The translations under genes and the position numbers were made by a program. The notes below the pieces were generated by a model. It worked only from the letters and a program-made list of their open reading frames with translations. It did not search any database and was not told the origin of the DNA. DNA of 63,468 nt, counting the filler, from Intoshia linei (Eukaryota > Animalia > Orthonectida): the NCBI GenBank assembly GCA_001642005.1. It is 5 parts of 5 records of this genome, joined end to end, with 100 filler letters (N's around TTAATTAATTAA, not from the genome) between each part and the next. Parts side by side here need not be neighbours in the genome. Positions count along the whole stretch, not along the records: positions 26,489 to 54,581 come from LWCA01000430.1; 4 more parts are not named here. The stretch is one strand, 5' to 3'. Positions 29,898 to 42,752 of this stretch are shown here, piece after piece (positions within the stretch are counted from its first letter, which is position 1; every line of letters begins with the position of its first letter).

Positions 29898-32800
29898 ATG
29901 TTAATAGCAAATATAAAACGTGAAGTTGTTTACCGGGAATTGTTTTCGGAAGGTGTCATGATTGCACACGGAACATCAAGGAACGCTAGACATTTCTCGA
30001 AACAGGTTAAAGAAAATGATGTGATTAAGACAGAAGAAGTTCATGTACCCAATTGGCAAATTATTCAATTAATGAGAGTAATGTTATATTTGAAAATTAT
30101 ATTAATGTGATTCAATATTGTTATGTTGTCAAAAAATGTACAAGAAATATTTCAAATTTTGGCAATTTTATCAGAATACGCCTATTTTTTTATTAAAATA
30201 ATTATTTAATCTTAATATTTACATTATTATAGTCTAATGGTGATCTTTAGAGTTTGGTCTCCAGACAATTTGTGCGTAAGAGTTTCTGTTGGAATACTGC
30301 TTACTACTTTTTAACTGAAAAGGGTGCATCATTTTTAAGAGAATATTTGCATTTACCTGCAGGAGTTATACCAAACACATTTAATAAACATGACGCTACC
30401 GGTAATTAGTTTAATCTTATTTAAATGTAAACTTTTTACTTCATATGAAATATTTATACTTGGTATATGTCACTAATATAATGTACAAGTGTACTATTTC
30501 CATATTCAAACAGTAGTTACAACTTTATGTTTGAGGAATATTATTTCCTGTGTAAGATTCTGTTATTGCCCGCTAACAAAATATTTTAAATTAAATTAAA
30601 TATAAAAATATATACACCTCGTTGACTTAATGATATTGGTCTAAATCAGGGCTTTTCACACTTTTTAACTTACCACCCCTTTTCATTTAATAAAATTATT
30701 CGCGACCCCTGTTCGTCAAAATAATATACATGTTATTAAAAAAATTACTAAGTTAGTTGCCTAAAAATGTACACACAATGATTGGAAATGAAGACATGAC
30801 AATAACGCTTATCAATAAAATAAAAATAATTATATACATTTTAATGATATGTACGTAATTGTTGCTTTTTACATAATAAATTAAATTGAGGCTTAATGTT
30901 TGTGATTGTTGGTCTTAGAACCATTTCTATATCCTTAAGACGGGAACTATATTTTGTCCTTATTGCGGTCATCTTTGAAAAGGCTGATTCACATAGATAA
31001 GTGGTAGAAAACGGAAGAAGAATCGTTATAGCTATTTTTGATAGAGATGGAAATTCTTTCTCATTAAAAGCCAAAAATTATTTAATGATTTATGTTTAAA
31101 TAGAATTTTAATACTAGAATCAGCTGAAAGAACTGCAAATTCTTTTTGTACCTCTAATTTTGAAGTGATCAACATTACTGATTTCATCGAAAAATGGACT
31201 TTGTATCCAATAAAATTTATTATTATTTAATTTTGGTAAAAAATATTTTGTGAAGTTAGTTTGTAAGTTCTGTAAGTGTTCAATAATTACAACCTTGATA
31301 GAATCCATAATCAATGCATTATCAGCAATATAATTTTCTATATTAGAAAATATTTCATATTGATTTTTGTTAATTTTATTTTTCCATAATATTAATTTGT
31401 TTATAAAGCCCTGAATTTTAGATTTTAATTTAAAAATATTAGTATGCCCTCCTTGAAGTGAAATATTCAATTCATTTAATTTTTAGTCTGTCTATTTCTG
31501 TCTAGTAAAACAGAATTCAAATCCTCTGAAATTTTCTTAGAGACGAGTGCTTCTCGGTGAATCATGTAATGAGTAAAATTAATAGGNTAGAACCATTTTT
31601 ATATTCTTAAGACTGGAACGATATTTTTTCTCTATTGCGGTCATCTTTGAAAAGGCTGATTCACATAGATAAGTGGTAGAAAATGGAAGAAGAATCGTTA
31701 TAACTATTTTTGATAGATTCTTTCTCTATTAAAAGCCAAAAAGTATTTAATGAATTTTGTTTAAATAGAATTTTAATACTAGAATCAGCTGAAAGAACTG
31801 CAAATTCTTCTTGTACTTCTAATTCTAAGTGATCAACGTTACTGATTTCATCGAAAAATAAAATTTGTATTCAATCAAATTTATTATTGTTTAATTCCGG
31901 TAAAAAATATTTTGTGAAATTGGTTTGTAAGTTAGTTCTGTAAGTGTTCACTAATTACAATCTTGATAGAATCCACATTTAATGCATCATCAGCAAGATA
32001 ATTTTCTGTATCTGAAAAAATTTCATATTGATTTTTTTTAATTTTATTTTTCCATAATATTAATTTGTTTATAAATTTAAACCCTGAATTTTAGATTTTA
32101 ATTTAAAAATATTAGTATGCTCTTCTTGAAGTGAAATATTCAAATAATATAATTTGCACATCCAATTTGTGTTTTGAAAAAATTTTTCTAAATTTATGTT
32201 ATTTTCCGGCAAAAATAGAATAACTTCACTTTTTAACATTAATAGAAGTTAAAGCTTTTTCTCTTGACAGCCACCGTATAGCAGTAAAGGTTAATAATGA
32301 GTTGAAGTTAGAGTTCATAGAATCACATAAATTTGCAAAAAGTCGCGTATTAAGCGCGCGAGATTTTATAAAATTAATGATTTTAATGGAGTCTAGTAAA
32401 ACAGAATTCAAAACCTCTGAAATTTTCTTAGAGACGAGCGCTTCTCGGTGAATCATGCCATCAGTAAAATTTATAGAATTAATACACGTTAATCTAACTT
32501 TAGAATAAAATCCATTTAGTCTACCAGCCATTGCAGCTGCACCATCAGTACAAATACCGATGTTATTATTCCATTTAAGACTGAACTCATTGAAAAATTT
32601 ATCAACTTTTAGAAAAATTGCCTCTCCTGTCGTGTAATCATTTAACGATCTGCAGAATAATAAATCTTCATGGAAGCTGTGATTATAAGAATATCTTACG
32701 TACACTAAAAGTTGTGCCATATTTTTAATATCAGTTGATTTGTCCAACGGAATTGCAAATTTCGAATTTTGAAATCTCTCAATGAGTTGATCCAACTGAT

Positions 32801-33794
32801 TTTTGCTGATATGTGCAATCCTTCTTCTAACAGTATCATTTGAAAGTGGAATTTTTTTAATTCGTTAGCGTAACTTTGTTTGAAAATAATCTCATTTATT
32901 CTAATCGCTAATGGTAAAGAATTCTTCACCGATAGTAGATGGCTTACCCGTTTTGGAAATATAATACGATGCCTCATAAGATGCTAATAAAAATTTTTCT
33001 TGTTGGTACACATGTGTTTCAAACGACGATTTTTGCTTTTCAAATGATTCTAATTTTCTTTCAAAAAATTCAATAGGTTTATCAGCGTACATAGCATGCT
33101 TTCAATTCAAATGTTTTTTTAGTTTTGAGGGCTTCATACCTTTGTTTGCTAAAATTTCATTGCATACTACACAAAGAGGTTGATTTTCATTATTTTGAAT
33201 TGGTGTTGTAAATCCGTATTGTAAAAAGGATTTACTGTGTCTCCTTTTTATGTTTTATTAGCCAAATTAAAATTTTTTACTTCAAGTTTAAAAAATAACA
33301 ATGTTAATAAATTTTCTTGCGACCCCTAGTTTGAGAAGCCCTGGTCTAAATAACTAAAGTTAGCAAATTGGTTTGGAATACATTCAAAGCATATTCGGTT
33401 AACGAAAGTATAAAAAACTGCATTGTAATTGTTGTTAAAGTATTGTTTTCTACCCCATTGATGCTTTAAAAATAATTGTATACAATTCTTCTGAATTAAA
33501 TTGAACCAATCTACAATCGAAATAATTTAATTTTATAATGATTAAAATTTTGATACCATTTGATGTGACATAAAATTTAAGGTGAATATGTAAAGATTTG
33601 GGTATTATATTTAAATTAATTTATTTTTTAGAAGAGGCCAAGAAGTATACCAGTTCAGATGTCAGACGTATTTAGATTTTTTTAATTTATGCATAATTTG
33701 TTTAGTTGAAAAAGGAAAGATTGAAGCTAATGAATACGTAGGTGGAGACAATGAAATGAAAGTTAGTGATAATATAGAAATATCATGTAAATAA
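29898..33794 (+). CDS. RPS10: 40S ribosomal protein S10 (eS10), diverged, 151 aa (exons 29898-30077, 30251-30401, 33632-33667, 33706-33794)
   Basis: YRELFSEGVMIA, VPN, MRSLVSR, F.W...YYFLT.KG..FLREYLHLP..VIP.T. The last two exons are inferred from splice phase. Confidence 0.88.
30647..33343 (-). mobile_element. Near full-length degraded hAT (Buster/Charlie-type) in RPS10 intron
   Basis: Perfect TSD GTCTAAAT and TIR CAGGGCTT(T/C)TCA(C/A)ACT. BED-like PLCVVC..MKPSKL, TDGAAAM, MIHREAL, RWLS, LLPFSTTYLCESAFS. Many frameshifts. Confidence 0.93.
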
Positions 33795-33995
33795 AATTTT
33801 TATATTATCTATATTCTAACTTTTTCATGATTACATTAAAAGTTTGATCTGTAAAATACCCAAAAAAACTTAATCGTGCCAATTTTTTCTGTTTGAAATC
33901 TCAATTTATTAAAAATATTTATTTCAGCATTTATCGATTATTGACACTTTCTCATAGGAACGTTTATATTTTTTTAATTAAATTTGTTATCTTAA

Positions 33996-34097
33996 CTCTT
34001 AGACACTACGATGGAACTTTGACTTTATTATTGTTAGTAACTCTCATATTATTGAAATTTCAAATTACTCATATCTGAGTAATGCGGTGTCTAAAGG
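33996..34097. mobile_element. piggyBac-like mini element
   Basis: TTAA on both sides. Imperfect TIR CTCTTAGACAC / GTGTCTAAAGG. Subterminal palindrome ATTACTCA-TATC-TGAGTAAT. Confidence 0.55.
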
Positions 34098-35002
34098 TTA
34101 ATAACTGAAATGCTATTTAACACTCAACTTATATCGTGCAAACCTTTTTTAGACATACACTCTACAAAATATAAGCATTCAATAAATGTTAATTAGATTG
34201 TTTACGAAATCTAAACTGATATTCGTTATTAATTTACTTTAAACTATAGTTAGTGCTTTTACCCTAAGCATCTCGATATAGTCACATTCGATAAATTAAA
34301 TTTTAGTCTATTTGGAGTTGAATGTAAAGCCAAAATTACATATCTATGATTGTAAAAAATATTTTTGGCTTAAAATTGTTTCTATATAACCTAAAATTTA
34401 AGTAAGCGAACTTAGTTATCTTTTAAAAAATACAATTTTGCGTTAAAATATAAACAATTGGTATATATTAGCTTTAAATTCTAGTCAGTAACTAATAGAT
34501 AAAAGTATATAAGAATTAAAATTATTCCTAATATTAAATAAATTTTTATCTATTAAAGTGAAATAACATCCAATTAATACACTAATATATAAAAAAATTA
34601 TGTAAATGTAAATAACTATACTAGTTAATTATTTTAAAAGTCTATTCTAAATTAAAGTTCCCAGAAAGTGCATTATTCGAATTTGAAGTTTTTAAATTTA
34701 AGTTTAAAATTTTTTAACGCACTTTGACTCTAATTATAACTTTTCTTTAATCATAAATTTTTAAAATATACCTTCAAATTCTTATACTATTCGTCTATAT
34801 ATTTGTTCACTTTAATTATGAAAACCAGGTATTTTAAATTTTTTTATCAAAATCTGATCTATTAACTATATATATATAACCTATAACCTAATACTATTTT
34901 AGCGGTTAAAGCGGAACAATTACTTACTTTATCCATATGATAAAATGACGGGTAATTGTAATTATATTTTAATTTTTATATTTATTTTTTATATTATTTT
35001 TA

Positions 35003-35485
35003 GCTGGTGTTTTGAGTGGTGCAGATGGTGGTGACAGTATTGTTTTAATTGACATCAACCTCTTGACTTTGGGTATCAAAACTGATGGAGGCGTGATGAG
35101 AAAATATATTTCCAGAAACAGTGTTATACCAATCAAAAAAACTTAAATATTATCTACCGCTCCTAATAACCAAGATACTGTTACTATCAGTGTCTATGAA
35201 GGTGAAAGATCAATGGTCAAAGACAACCATTTATTGGGCAAATTCGATTTGAAAGGTATCAAGAAGGCACCGAGAGGTGTTGCACAGATTGAGGTTACAT
35301 TTGAAATGGCCGCCAACTGTATTCTTCACGTTACCGCCACCGATAAATAATCTGGACTTAATGAATCTATCAAGATTAACCATGAAAACAGTAAATTGTC
35401 AGCCGAAGATATTGACAAAATGATCAACGACGCCGAAAAATACGCCGATGAAGACAAAGTCACCCAATCTCAGACTGAAGCCAAT
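35003..35485 (+). pseudogene. HSP70 (BiP/HSPA5-like) substrate-binding-domain fragment
   Basis: [64 protein letters not shown]. Two in-frame TAA codons and no ATPase domain. Confidence 0.88.
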
Positions 35486-35645
35486 ATAAAAATTAGATAT
35501 ATATTCAATTTTATATATATTTTTATTTTACTACAAATATACTGGAAAATTTAATTACACAATTTAATTACATAATTTAATTTTATCAGAAGAACTGAAA
35601 CTTTGTACTTTTATTAATGGCAACACTTTTGCATTATATATTATA

Positions 35646-35925
35646 CCAGGTTGACTGTTATGTACTACGTACAAACAGCACCTAGCTCTGTCAAGGGTAC
35701 ATTTTTATTTTACCAAAACAATAAACTCACGTTAAAAATTTAATTTAAAAATCCTACTATTTACTTTTGGTTTTATATTCTTACTATTGGGCTTTTTGGC
35801 CAGTAAGATGTGAGTTTGGCAGGTTGAAATTTATTTTACTAACACCCCCGGAAAAACTGTAATAGAAATGTGGACTTTATAAAATTCTAAGACGGGTAGT
35901 TATTGAAATAAACGGTAACACAATT
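35646..35925 (-). mobile_element. Non-autonomous Helitron
   Basis: 3' hairpin + CTGG terminus and family internal block in reverse. Confidence 0.7.
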
Positions 35926-36344
35926 TCAGATTTTGTAACTTAAAATAAGCAGTTTGGCAAACCACAGAACCGTGTAATAATGGCTATGGTCCTACAACCA
36001 TCATGCTTAATATTTTAGTTTTAAACTAAACGGTTATTTAGTTTTAATAAAAAAATTATATTTACATCCCATACTTTTATCTGTCCCGGTGTAATTCTGA
36101 TTATGTTGGAGTTAAATTTAAATTTTTGATAATTCTAAAAGTTGGCTGTCCAATTTTTAAAAGGTGGAAAGACCCTATACACTTTATACTATTGTTATAT
36201 ACAGTATATATTTAGTAATAAAAGAAATTGGCAGTATTATATTTATAACCCCGTATATTGTAATCATTAGTATAGATCAATTTAGAAAAATTATATTTCA
36301 TAAGTATTTTTAAAATATTTTAAAATTTAAATTTAATTTTTAGA

Positions 36345-37060
36345 TTGAAATATTTTGTTATACTGTTAACAATAATGTTATATATTTTATCTAAATACCA
36401 AATTATTATTAAAATTTTAGATGTTAATAAGCATTTGGAATCAAATATTACAAATACACAATTACCGGAATTAAAAAAATGTAACAAATATGTATACATA
36501 TTTTTTAAACATGACCTGGGAATGCCTGATGATGCTTTAAAATCAAAAGGTAATTTTAAATTTATGTTTGATTAATTTATTTTAGGTAGAAGCATAATAG
36601 ATAGTAGTAAAAGTTTTCGTTCAAAAAAACCACCGTCTCTAATATTAAATGTTTATATGCTTTTACTTGTATAATTTCGTTTATAGAATAATGTCGAGCC
36701 GGCAAATTGTTGGATTACTGTTGCTAAAGATACATTTGTTGAAATTTCTATTTCTGAAAAAGTATAGGTGATTAGTATCAGTATTGAACACAGGTTAAAA
36801 ATTACTTGTCAGACAAAATAATCGCACTACTGCTCCAAAATTTGGATACGTTTACGTAATTAATACATTACATTGTTTTACTTTTTGCATTTTAGAGTAA
36901 ACTTAATTACATTGATAATTTTTTTGAATCTAAAAGTATAATTACAATTTAGACTCCTAGTATCGCACAATTCATTAAAATTGAATTTATTGAAAATTAT
37001 GGTAGTCACAGGATGTGTATTTACCGAATACGACTTCACGGAAATATAGAAAACCTTTAA
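36345..37060 (+). pseudogene. SUN-domain (Sad1/UNC-84) protein pseudogene, intron-containing
   Basis: TM segment, DLGMPDDALKSKG, EPANCW, ISIEH, TAPK, IENYG..MCIYRIRLHG. In-frame TAG and a frameshift. Confidence 0.78.
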
Positions 37061-37424
37061 GCTTATTATTATCATTAAAACTTGTAATAACTAGTGTACA
37101 TACATAGGTGTAGGGCTATTTATTTAATTGATATCGTTTTATCTTCATGTTAAGCAAAATTAAAATTTTCATTACTACTAAATTATACCAAGATATTATT
37201 TTTATAATTATTCCTCAATTTAAGTTTATGAGATAAATTGAATATTCGCCGCCCATATTAAAAAATCTATGGTATATTCGATGCGACTTTCCAATCCAAA
37301 ACAGTCCACTTTTATCATAATGAAACGATCGACTCTTCGTATTTGAAAATAAAAATAAATCATGAAATACTACAAAAGACTATTTAATTGATTTACTCAA
37401 TTTTTGCTGAAATTATTTATACTT

Positions 37425-37607
37425 CAATGGTTCTCAACCTTTTGACACGTCCGTTTGATATTTTATTTTATCCGCGGCTATTATTATAAACACATTGTCT
37501 AAATATACAAAATTTTGGTAATATCTCCTTTCCAAAAATTATTATACACCCTAGATTTATATTTTATGTGATTCCCCCATTTTTAACATGTCTGTTGAAA
37601 ATCACAG
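37425..37607. mobile_element. hAT-like MITE (second copy 43617-43797)
   Basis: CAATGGTTCTCAACC..GTTGAAAATCACAG, with two near-identical copies. Confidence 0.7.
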
Positions 37608-37849
37608 ATTTACAAAATAACTAAATTTAAGTTTATTTTCATGTTTTTCTTAATTTTTTTTTACATACGTAAAATACAAATGACGCATTAATGCGTCAAA
37701 ATGTTTCAATGGGTTAAATTTTATTACAATGTAACTTTTAATTTAAAGGTCTTATGTGTTGTTTCTATAGTTTTAAACTCTCTATCTCTCCAATTTTTTC
37801 CAAATCCCAAGAAAGCGATTTATAGAGAGATACTGTTCTTTAATTTCAA

Positions 37850-38600
37850 TCCTTTACTTAAATAAAATTGAATGTATGAGTCTGCGCATGTTTCAGTGTG
37901 TTACCGTTTATTTAGAAAATTGACAGTCGTAGCAATTCAAAAACCAATCTCTAATACAGTTTTTATCTATTTTTCAGTGTCAGCATGTGAGCCCTGCAGA
38001 GTCAAAAACCCAATTTTCCCTTTTGTTTAAAAAAAATCAGACCAAAAAATTAATAATACATTCATTCTGGGACGCTTTTTAAAATCATTAACGTCAGCTT
38101 CAGAAACGTATACGTTGATGGTCAAAACCCCAAATTATGCATTATTTTAAAAATGATAAATAAATGTGATAAGTAAATGAAACAATGAACACATCCCTAA
38201 AATTTTAAAAAAATACAGATGATACAGTTATATTAAGTTAATTCACAATTCACACACCCAAAAATTCTAATCTATTAAACTCATGCGTTAACGGTCAAAA
38301 AAACACTTTCATATTCATTTTTTTTTATTTTGAAACTATTTTATTAAAACAATAATTTGAAATAATTAACGGTCCTACAATTAAAAAAAGATTATTATAA
38401 TACAGCTTATTCCAGTTAATATAAATAAAAAATTTTAACCCAGAAATGTAAATAATATAAGTTTAAATGGGTAAAAATTAATCCTACTATTGCAAAAAAA
38501 ATGTGCATTGAACGTCTTTACATTTCACTACACTACACATTTCAAAAAAAATATGGGTCGAAATCTATATCATTGATTCCTTATTATTTTTTTCATTTTT
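37850..38600 (+). mobile_element. Non-autonomous Helitron, 5' part
   Basis: A|TCCTTTACTTAAATAAAATTGAATG start and shared internal blocks. Confidence 0.65.
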
Positions 38601-40619
38601 TAAAAATTTAAAATCACGTTGTACTAAATTTTAATCTTAATTTAATTATGTCCTACATTTAAACAAGTTACATTGTACAGAGGTTATACTAAACTTTAAA
38701 TTAATATTTATGATCATAATTAATAATTTAACGCTAATTATATTTTTATCTGAATATTCAATTTCTGTATATTCAAGAATATAAAATTTTAAATAAATAA
38801 ATATTAAAATAATGCTTATTTGGATAAAATGAGGCCCCTACTATTAATGAATTAATGTAAAATATAAAAATTAAATCGATCAAATATACAAAAATTTTGT
38901 CGAGGTCCCGAAGAGGTGTACAGTAGGTTCGGCACTGGTTCCTAATTTAAAAAAACTAACATTTGTATAACTTTTAAAAAGCAAATTGTTATACAGTTTT
39001 ATATCTTAAATTTTGATTTTCAGAAATTTGTACCTTACCATTGTTAAGTTTAGTCACCAACTCAAATTACCACGATATTACCCAAAATTTTAAAAATTAT
39101 GACTGAAAAAATACATATAAAAATTTCTATTTGTTAAAAAATATACAATTCGAAGACAGTATGTTTTCATTTTATATAGAGTAAAAAATTTCAAACTCAG
39201 AAATTTGTCCCTTCTAGTCATAAACTCATTTAACCATTTTATCAACAAAATTTTTTGTATTTACAAAATGTTAAATTAACAATGTAAATATAGATGCCAG
39301 AGACGAATCTACCATATCAAAATAATAATTTTTAATAATAAACCATTCATTAAAAATTTTTTCGAGGATCAAGAGTTTGTAAATGTTAAATGTAAATGTA
39401 AATGTCAAATTTTTTAGACAAATCAAATACTAGATATTCAAGAATAGAGATGTAGTAACAGAAACAGGTGAAATGGGATAAAAGAAGGTAGATAGGGTAG
39501 CAGAGAGAGTTGGAGTACACGAAAATCTAAAATTTATTTTTTTAAATCAATTTGAACTGAACTTTATAATTGGCCACCGTTTTGAACTTCTACAATTATT
39601 AATTAACTTTTTTTCTAAATAAGTGAAATTACATAATTGATATTTTTATTATCAACCAAAAAGATTAGATATAAGACATAATTTCATCTTATTAATACTT
39701 ATTAAGTTAAGTTAATACTTAACGCTCATTGAATTCATTCACAATCATTTAATAATTATTATGATATATAATAATTGTCGTGTCGCAAAACAGTCAATTT
39801 AGTCAAAAATAATTATCTCTAACCCCCTTCCTTATCACCTCCTATTAACCCCATTTCAACGATATTCAGTATGTTTAAATTTAATTATTGATTATTCGTT
39901 TAGTTTTTTTTTTGAAAATATGACTAAAACCAGATCTGAACTAACGACCCCCTCATCATATCGAGTGTTAGAGAGCATTAAACCATTGGAGCTATTCGAC
40001 TTGGTATATATGAATATTTTCTTCTTTTGTGTTTATTTATTGATTTAAAATATAAAACCGTTATTTTAATTAAAAATATTATCAATTAACGTTTTTATTA
40101 TTTTTTTAAAATTTCAACTTTATTGTTTATTTTTTAAATTAAAATTTATCTCAAACCAGCAATAATATACATTGCTTGTTTATAACACTGATATTGTACA
40201 TAGATTAATAAAATAACTAAAATTTATTACGATTTTGGAAAAATTGATTATAAACCGAATAAAATCAACTAAAAAAGTATTCATTTAAATGTATAAAATC
40301 AGCTAAAATTGTATGAAATACATTTTTTGGTATAAACACGATAAAATGTTTTTATTTTGTAATATTAGTTGGTTCTGTAGCTTATCATTCTTAACTGGGG
40401 CTTATATGGACTACTTTTATCATTAAATTTTGGAGTTTAAATGTATTAAGTTTTGGTTTACATAAAATACATTTTAACATTTCAGCTTTATCTGGAGGTT
40501 TATAGACATAATATAAAACATATCAAATAAATGCTTTGTAGAGTGAACATATATTTCAAAGAGATTTAGTAAATGAATAAATGAGGAATTTACAAAATAA
40601 AAAAAATTTCAAATCTATA

Positions 40620-41742
40620 ATGATATTTACAATTTGATAAAGTAATTTGATTCTACTATTATCTACAGTAATTTGTGAATTATTTAATTCGTTCTTAAGT
40701 ACATACAATTGTAGCTGTTCACATTTTTCTTAATAATCAAGTATATATCATCTACAAAGGGTAATTCAAATAGCATCTTTTTAGTTTTGACATTCGTATC
40801 AAAATCTTATCGAAGTCTCACTCTATCACATAAAAAATAAATTAAATTAATTAAATGATATGAATATACCAATCTTGAATGTTATCATATTTGCATAAAC
40901 ATCGTTTACTATCCTATCAATGTAGCTAGTTGATATATTTAAGTGTTCCTCTACCTTTTCCAGGCAACTAAATATTTATGTATGATATTTATGAGAAATA
41001 CATACACATTAAATTCTCTATATCCCATAAACACGGAAAACGGTTCTTTATTTGTGGCTCTATGAACTGTAATGTTATATTTTCTCACTATTCTATGAGA
41101 ACATATATCCATCTTTTATTGCCATGGAGAGTTTTTCCTAGCCATCTTTTTAGTGTTTGATTAGCTCTACATTTATATATAAACACTAGGTTGACTGTTG
41201 TGTACTACGTATTTCACATTTTTTTTTAATAAAATATTATAATAAAAAATATATGAATACTTTTAAGATATACTACTACTTTATACTTTATACTACTAAG
41301 ATGCTTTTTTGACCTTGAAGTCGTGACTTATTCGGATTGAAATTTATCTTATTATCACCCCCGGAAAAAACTGTAATTGAAATGTGGAATTTATAAAATT
41401 CTAAGACTTGTAGTTATTGAAATAAAGTGGAACACACAGACACAAATATTGCGTAGCATATTATATAAGTAAGGATATATTCATAAATTAAACTGACTTG
41501 TCCCTGTAATTGAGGGTGACGAGGTCTACCGTGAACGATACGAACCGTCATGTCTTTCTAATTCTAAGCTTTCTATTTCAGCGTTTTTATATTATCGACC
41601 ATTGTCTGTATGCAATATTTTAGCCGGACCAAGTATATAAAACATGTCTTCAAAATGAGACCGCACATATGTTGCATTCTTGATTTTTAATTTAGCTACC
41701 CACTTAAATTTATTTCCTATTTATTATTTGCCTCATTTCCAT
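40620..41742 (-). mobile_element. Degraded Ginger/GIN-type (rve integrase) transposase with introns
   Basis: GPAKILHTDNGR*, IVHGRPRHPQLQGQ, RANQTLKR, YN..VHRAT..EPFSVFMG, DFDTNVKTKK. Stops and frameshifts, split by a Helitron. Confidence 0.75.
41186..41475 (-). mobile_element. Complete non-autonomous Helitron
   Basis: Minus strand reads A|TCCTTACTTATAT...CAACCTAG|T, with no TSD. Confidence 0.85.
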
Positions 41743-42752
41743 ATTACTGAAATAAAATGATTAATATAATTAACGAAAAACAATGACAAATATAAATGGA
41801 CAAACTAAATAAAACCAGACAATTGTTAAAATTACAATTAAAATTGATTAGCACTTTTAACAAGAAGGTGAATAAACAAATACAAGATTTATAATTCTTC
41901 AATAACTTAAAATTGTGAGAAACAACATTAAAGAAATGATTGATCATTTGATTAGACAATGATAGTTAACATTAAGAGGCTGCAAAAGATTAGATAATTA
42001 TTGGTGTTATACAATTATAATTGTTTCCATGATTAATCATTATTTTTTAGCTCGGCGTCTAGAGAGTTTATATTACCTTTTATCATTAAAATGTATTCAA
42101 AAGTAAATAACTGAATTTCATAATGACAGACTAAAATTTTCAGTTAAAATAAATTTTTGGTAATTATAAATTTTGGAATTTTCATATTTAACCAATATTA
42201 CAAAAACCCCTTTTTATGGAAAAAAAGCCCTGTGAGGTTAAATATTTCATTTTTTCACTCCAAATTATTTCACAAAAATATCTCGTAGTGGGTCGTACAT
42301 TAATCATATTTATGTTTAAAATAAAATCATTGGCGCCAATTAAGAAAAATGGAAAAAGCGCGCGAAAACCTTAAAAAGGAAAACCGCTTAATGTTTTTAC
42401 AGTAAATTTTCTAAAAATATCTTTTTTAGTGGTTTTTAAGTACCCTCTTCAACGTGGTATAGGGTATTTTCAACAAAAATTATTTTTGTAAAAAACGAAC
42501 AGCCCTAATGTACATTGTACAATGTACATATTGTAATTTTATTCATGATGGATATTTATCTTTAATATTAAATTTCTCTATTATAATACGTTCATCTCGT
42601 CATTTGTAGGCACCCACTCCTAATCAATTCTACACTTAACCATATAAATTTTAATGTATTTCAATCAGCTATAATTTTTGGATTTCTTTCTTTTTGAAAA
42701 ACTTTCTAGTGGACAATTTATATTTTATAATAATTTTTATTACATTATGATT

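Noticed and set aside
39440-40505. Exon-like pieces (39920-40004 and ~40370-40435 on +; 39440-39600 on -)
   Set aside because: No recognisable family and no consistent spliced model.
42230-42510. Repeat shared with 61232-61330 ending GCCC|TAA (Harbinger-like?)
   Set aside because: Only one end is identifiable, so the superfamily cannot be supported.
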